Assembly (NCBI RefSeq): GCF_964355755.1
Contig: NC_092672.1
Coordinates: 26,294,437-26,358,436 of the forward strand
Direction of reading: 5' to 3'
Length of the DNA stretch: 64,000 nt
Source of the DNA: Antedon mediterranea
Taxonomy: Eukaryota > Animalia > Echinodermata
Every line of letters begins with the position of its first letter. Within the stretch, counting starts at the first letter, position 1. Position numbers and translations under genes: made by a program. Under the pieces are notes generated by a model. The model ran no database searches. It saw only the letters and a program-made list of their open reading frames with translations, and was not told the DNA's origin. This document shows, one piece after another, positions 59,217-64,000 of the stretch.

Positions 59217-59845
59217 GTATGTATTAGACAATTCCGATCCTCTGTACTGTATCTATAATTTGTACAGTATCATAGGCATTTTTGTGATACAGGGTCATAT
59301 GTATCACATAAGACACCTGTATCAATGCCATGTACATAGCCTAATTGTAACATAATACATGTGATACATACACTATATGTTTGCACTATATTAAAGAATT
59401 TGCTTATGATACTGTACAAATTATGCTATACCATACCATATAGAGAATCAGGTGACCATTTAAAAAATTAAATTATGTCTATGTTTCTTTTAAAATTTGT
59501 AAAACATTCTTTATCTTTCTTCAAAAAATTACTTACTTGGCTCAAAGACCGGGCCGGACCGTTAATGAACCACTAATTACCCATCATTAGTTCAACTTAA
59601 AGCTTTGTAACAGACACTTTATGAGGAAATAAATTATGTGTTTGGTTCAGTAGTGAGTTTGTAGAGAAAATGATTATATAAAAATGTGTATGTATATTTG
59701 TATGTATGGCCGTGTTTCCGCAGCAAAAACATAATTATCGTTTAATTTTTTAACCAATAAAGTGCCAATCACATCACAACAATTTGTCCTTCAAAGGTTA
59801 AAAATTATAGCATTTAACTGATAATTATCTGTTTGGATGAGATAA

Positions 59846-61402
59846 TTGGTTATCCGCACTTGGCGGATAACCCCTTGTTATTGTCAGGATCTTTTTTTTT
59901 CTTTTTTTTTTTTTTCTATCTTATTCTTCTTTCTTTCCCGGAATTTTGTTCGCAGCGTATCTCTAATTCTGGCCAATATAAGATTGTGTAACTTTGTCAT
60001 AAGATTGACCTCTAGCTGTAGATGTGCAGGACGTTTCGTTTTTTAACTTTAGAGTCGCGCAGCGTAAGTTACGCGCGATTTTATGAATTTCAATGATTGA
60101 TCATAGATTAAAAATCAAAAGTCATTTTGTATTGAAACTTGGTGAAAATTTAAGTCATATCAAGCGCAAACTTTCTATGGATTAAAAATGGCATGTTTTA
60201 CAAAAAGTTACGCGTGCACGCGCGTTTAAAATTTTAAAATGCGAAAAATCAATTTTTAATCAACTTTCTACGCGTTTCATGTCATTTTAAGCATTTGAAA
60301 AATTCCCACGAGTGCGCAATTTTTTTACGCGCACGTGCGCACGTAGCGCAAAAACATATTTTTTTTGCTTGATTTTTGCTTTTTTAGCCTTTTATAGTAA
60401 ATTTACCAATTTTCAATCAATTTCGACTTAAAATCACGTCATACGAGCAAGTAGAATTAAACAATTTGCGCGCATTTTTGATGAAAAAGTTAAAAAATTT
60501 GTCAAAATTATGCCTTTTTTTAAACAGTCATAGATTCTAAACTTCGTGGTGAACTTTTTTATAATTACATATTCTGGTAGTAGATGAGTTGCAGATATCA
60601 AATCATGCATGAATATGGCTAACCGGACATTGTGACGTCATCGTATGATCACGCGAATATGAAATATAGGATTTTTGTCTATTTCGTCATAGGTTATCAT
60701 ATTTAATAGAGCGCATCTCCACTTATTCGTATTCCATTTCCCCACCATTTTATTATATTGTCTAGGTCAATAAATTATCTTTCGCATGGTTTACCATTTT
60801 TAAAATTGTTACGACGTCATCATGTTTAAAAGTGTAATAAACTTGGGTCACTTATTTTCATCAAATTTTTTATTTCCATTAAAATTAAATATTATATAGC
60901 TCCTCAGAATGAAAAGTGAGACTCATGATTAAAACGTTTTCTGGAAGCTGTTGAATAGTAGATACGAATTCATGTACTCATTTTGCGCATCGGCTGTTGT
61001 GACGTCATCATATGGCCAGTTTAAAAGTCGTTTTTTCATATATTGCGTCATAGTTCATGACTTTTAAAAGAGCGTGCATCCATATTCTACGTATCCAAAT
61101 TTGTTTAACACGTTGATATGTTGTTGCTCAGATAATTCACTTCCAAAAATGCTTTCTACGTATTTCATTTTGATGACGTCATCATGTTAAAAATTTGAAT
61201 AAAAAGCCGGTTCTGTTATTTTCACCTATTCTGCCTTGTATGTAGTATATATACAGTATATAGTGTATACTGTATATACTTAGACAAAAAATAGAGGGCA
61301 CACTAACATTTTATTTTCTTCAGGTCAAAATGGTATAATCGTTAATCGCAATATTCTAACGTTACTAACCTAATTCGTCCATAGTGACGAGTTCAAATCT
61401 AT
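59846..61402 (+). mobile_element. Near-complete Helentron-associated non-autonomous element (HINE)
   Basis: The 5' end is TT, GGTTATCCGC (59848-59857) and an inverted copy GCGGATAACC (59863-59872). The body matches 23290-24582. The 3' hairpin AATTCGTC-catagt-GACGAGTT lies at 61372-61393, followed by a T-run. Confidence 0.78.
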
Positions 61403-62148
61403 TTTTTTTTTATATTATTATCCTTCTTTCTTTCCACCAATTTTGTTCGCAGCGTATCTTTAATTCTGGGCAACATAAGATTGTATAAATTTGTAATGGA
61501 CATGCCTTTATGTTTCTTTTTGATGACATCAAAGAATATTGTTCCCGTAATTTCAGTTCTGCTATTTACCATAATATACTACAGTACAACCAGTTACAGA
61601 ATTATGTGTGAATAATAATAGCAATTTATTGTCTCCTCTGCTCTGTGTTTTGATCCAATGGAATCTCAGTTCTCAGTTACAGTGAAACTTACCCCAATAG
61701 ATATAATAGTTCTCATAAAACTAATATCATCACACCATAACTGTTAAAAATAATCTTTTATTTCAAACAAATAATAAGTATAAAATGTATGTATTTATAA
61801 AAGCTTTCATTGGTTATTGCAAATTGTACCAAATTGTCAACATATAGTAGGCTGTTTATACTATACAGTAGTTTATTTGGTGATCAGTAATTTTACTTAG
61901 TACATTATATACATGTTCATTTGTTAGTTGTGGATTCATTAAACTTATATTTATTGATCTATTTATAGAAGATTCTTATTTTTTTAACAATCATTAATAT
62001 AATTAATAATTTAATCATTGGCCGCGTTTAGACAATAGCTATGAAAGAGCGAATGACTGCATTACTGACTGCCTAAAAATCCAGATCCTATTATAATTGA
62101 AGAGTTGAAACCATTCTATTGAACACCTAAAAACCAAAACAAAATAAA

Positions 62149-63098
62149 TTGATTATTTTTGCAAATGAGCAAATTTATTTTATTTATTTATTTTATTTTT
62201 ATTCATTTGACAGCCAACAGCGATGAAACCGCCACTAACAGGTTGAATCTAAATTACTGTATTAGTATTGGTAATCTTATAAAACAAAACGTATTTTATT
62301 CTTCTGTTAAATGTAACTTTTTATTTTTAACATTACTTGAATACCGGTAGATATTGAAAGAGTATTATGTTCACAGATTGCAACATTGCATATTCAAATT
62401 CAGAACAATATATATATAATAATATAACAAGATTAAAATGTGTTTACTCACCGGATATTGTTTCTCCTATACAGGAGAATGACATGGGTTGAAGTTACAG
62501 ATTATTCGCTGCCACTTGTGCATAGATAATAAATCGATTATTTTTGCAAATGAGTAAATTACTGTATTAGTAATTTAATGTGGACCTGGATAGATAGAAA
62601 AAATAATATAAAAAGCAATTATACAACTGAAATTATGTATAGACCTAATGAAGTATTGGTAATCGTGTAAAACAAAGCGTATTTTCTTCTTCTGTAAAAT
62701 GTAACTTTTTATTTTTAACATTACTTAAATACCGGTAGATATTGAAAGATTATTATGTGCACAGATTGCAACATTACATATTAAAATTCAGAACAATATT
62801 TATAATAATAAAACTCACTTAAAAACAAGATTAAAATGTGTTTACTCACCAGATATTGTTTCTCCTATACAGGAGAATGACATGGGTTGAAGTTACAGAT
62901 TATTCGCTGTCCCTCTTGCATAGATAATAAATTGATTATTCTTGAAAATGAGTAAATTACTGTATTAGTAATTTCATGTGGATCTGGTTAGATAAAGAAA
63001 AAAAGAATATAAAAAACAAGATTAAGATTAAGATTTCTCCTATACAGGAGAATGACATGGGTTGAAGTTACAGCTTATTCGCTGCCCCTCGTGCATAG
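62149..63098. repeat. Tandem repeat of about 400 bp (two full units plus a shortened third)
   Basis: ttctcctatacaggagaatgacatgggttgaagttacag at about 62462, 62860 and 63035. Confidence 0.85.
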
Positions 63099-63418
63099 AG
63101 AGTCAAATGATTTTCAGCTTGTTTTTATCAAATTGTTTTTTTTTCTTGATTTGTATTCAGTTTATTTTCAATTCTTAAAAAGTTTTTATAGTATTCTCCT
63201 GAATGATTTTCCTGTATATTATATATTAATATATTTTGACGTTCTTGACCACGCTTGCACATATAGTGATAGGCCTAATAGTATTTCATTTTGGTTTTTC
63301 AGTTTTTCTCCATTTCATAATGTAAGAATGTAATAAACAATTTGAAATAATAATGCTATGCAAGTTCAATTTCTATTTACAGAAATATAATTCAAATACT
63401 TAAAAACCATTGCTGCAA

Positions 63419-64000
63419 TTAAAATTTAATTTGAATGGCTTCATGATAGCTATAATAAATTGGAATTACTTCAGCCTGTACTGAATCAAGACCTTTGCTA
63501 TAAACATGATCAATCAATGTATTGTTTTCAGTGGTGGAACATGTAACATGTTGTCGGTACTCATTCTCTGACATTAAATTATTCACTCTGGAAGATTGTT
63601 TGAAAAGATTTTCATTAAAATCACCCATTACAATACATTTTGTACTCACTTTTTGTAACTCTTCCAAATATTTTCTCAAATTTTGACAGAATTGATTAAT
63701 ATCATAGCTTGGGGGTCGATAAATTACTGACACGGAAACTGAAATTGGACTTGTTATTAAGAATGAAACTGCTTCTATATCATTATTACGTATGTTTAAT
63801 CTGCTTGTAAACGTGTTCTTGGTATACACTGCAACGCCGCCATGAGCCTGATTTTTTATTTTGGAACTCAGATCATTTGTATTGGAATACGAATCATACC
63901 TTGCTTGGTGATACAATTTATACGGCTCAATACTTACATCAAAAACATCATCATCCTTATTTAACCACGTTTCAGTTAGACATATAATACTAGAATTCAT
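63419..64000 (-). mobile_element. C-terminal apurinic/apyrimidinic (EEP) endonuclease domain, most consistent with a Helentron Rep/Hel-EN protein; 5' part is outside the window
   Basis: Motifs IICLTETWL, HGGVAVY, VIYRPPS, IVMGDFN, TLIDHVY and YYSYHEAI, followed at once by a stop. No RT follows, unlike LINE ORF2. Confidence 0.72.

Noticed and set aside
63419-64000. LINE ORF2 endonuclease or host APEX gene
   Set aside because: The domain ends in a stop with no RT after it, is intronless, and lies antisense in a VPS13D intron; a C-terminal position fits a Helentron better.

Overview
AT-rich, intron-containing animal genomic DNA (invertebrate; a deuterostome such as an echinoderm is plausible but is inference), not prokaryotic. 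Left half (1-29 kb): the 3' part of a CR1/L2-group LINE, then a minus-strand tandem array of RING-less TRIM-NHL genes (B-box, coiled coil, filamin/Ig, NHL propeller). The array has four intact copies, one frameshifted copy and one 3' fragment. It is interleaved with plus-strand 3' exons of beta-mannosidase (MANBA) and decayed duplicates of one MANBA exon. Right half: two head-to-head housekeeping pairs, POLR2D(-)/SPAG7(+) and OTUD3(-)/VPS13D(+); VPS13D runs off the window. Introns carry many mobile elements: nested 8-bp-TSD TIR elements, Helentron-type non-autonomous elements and a Helentron-type endonuclease ORF at the right edge, a 5S-derived SINE, a tRNA-derived Deu/Nin-core SINE, TTAA MITEs and a Penelope-type minimal hammerhead ribozyme. 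The best candidate for an undescribed system is the diversifying TRIM-NHL array, which has a hypervariable propeller loop, mosaic paralogs and a conserved CRE/ETS/nuclear-receptor promoter module. Gene and family assignments come from remembered sequences and hand translation, not database searches.
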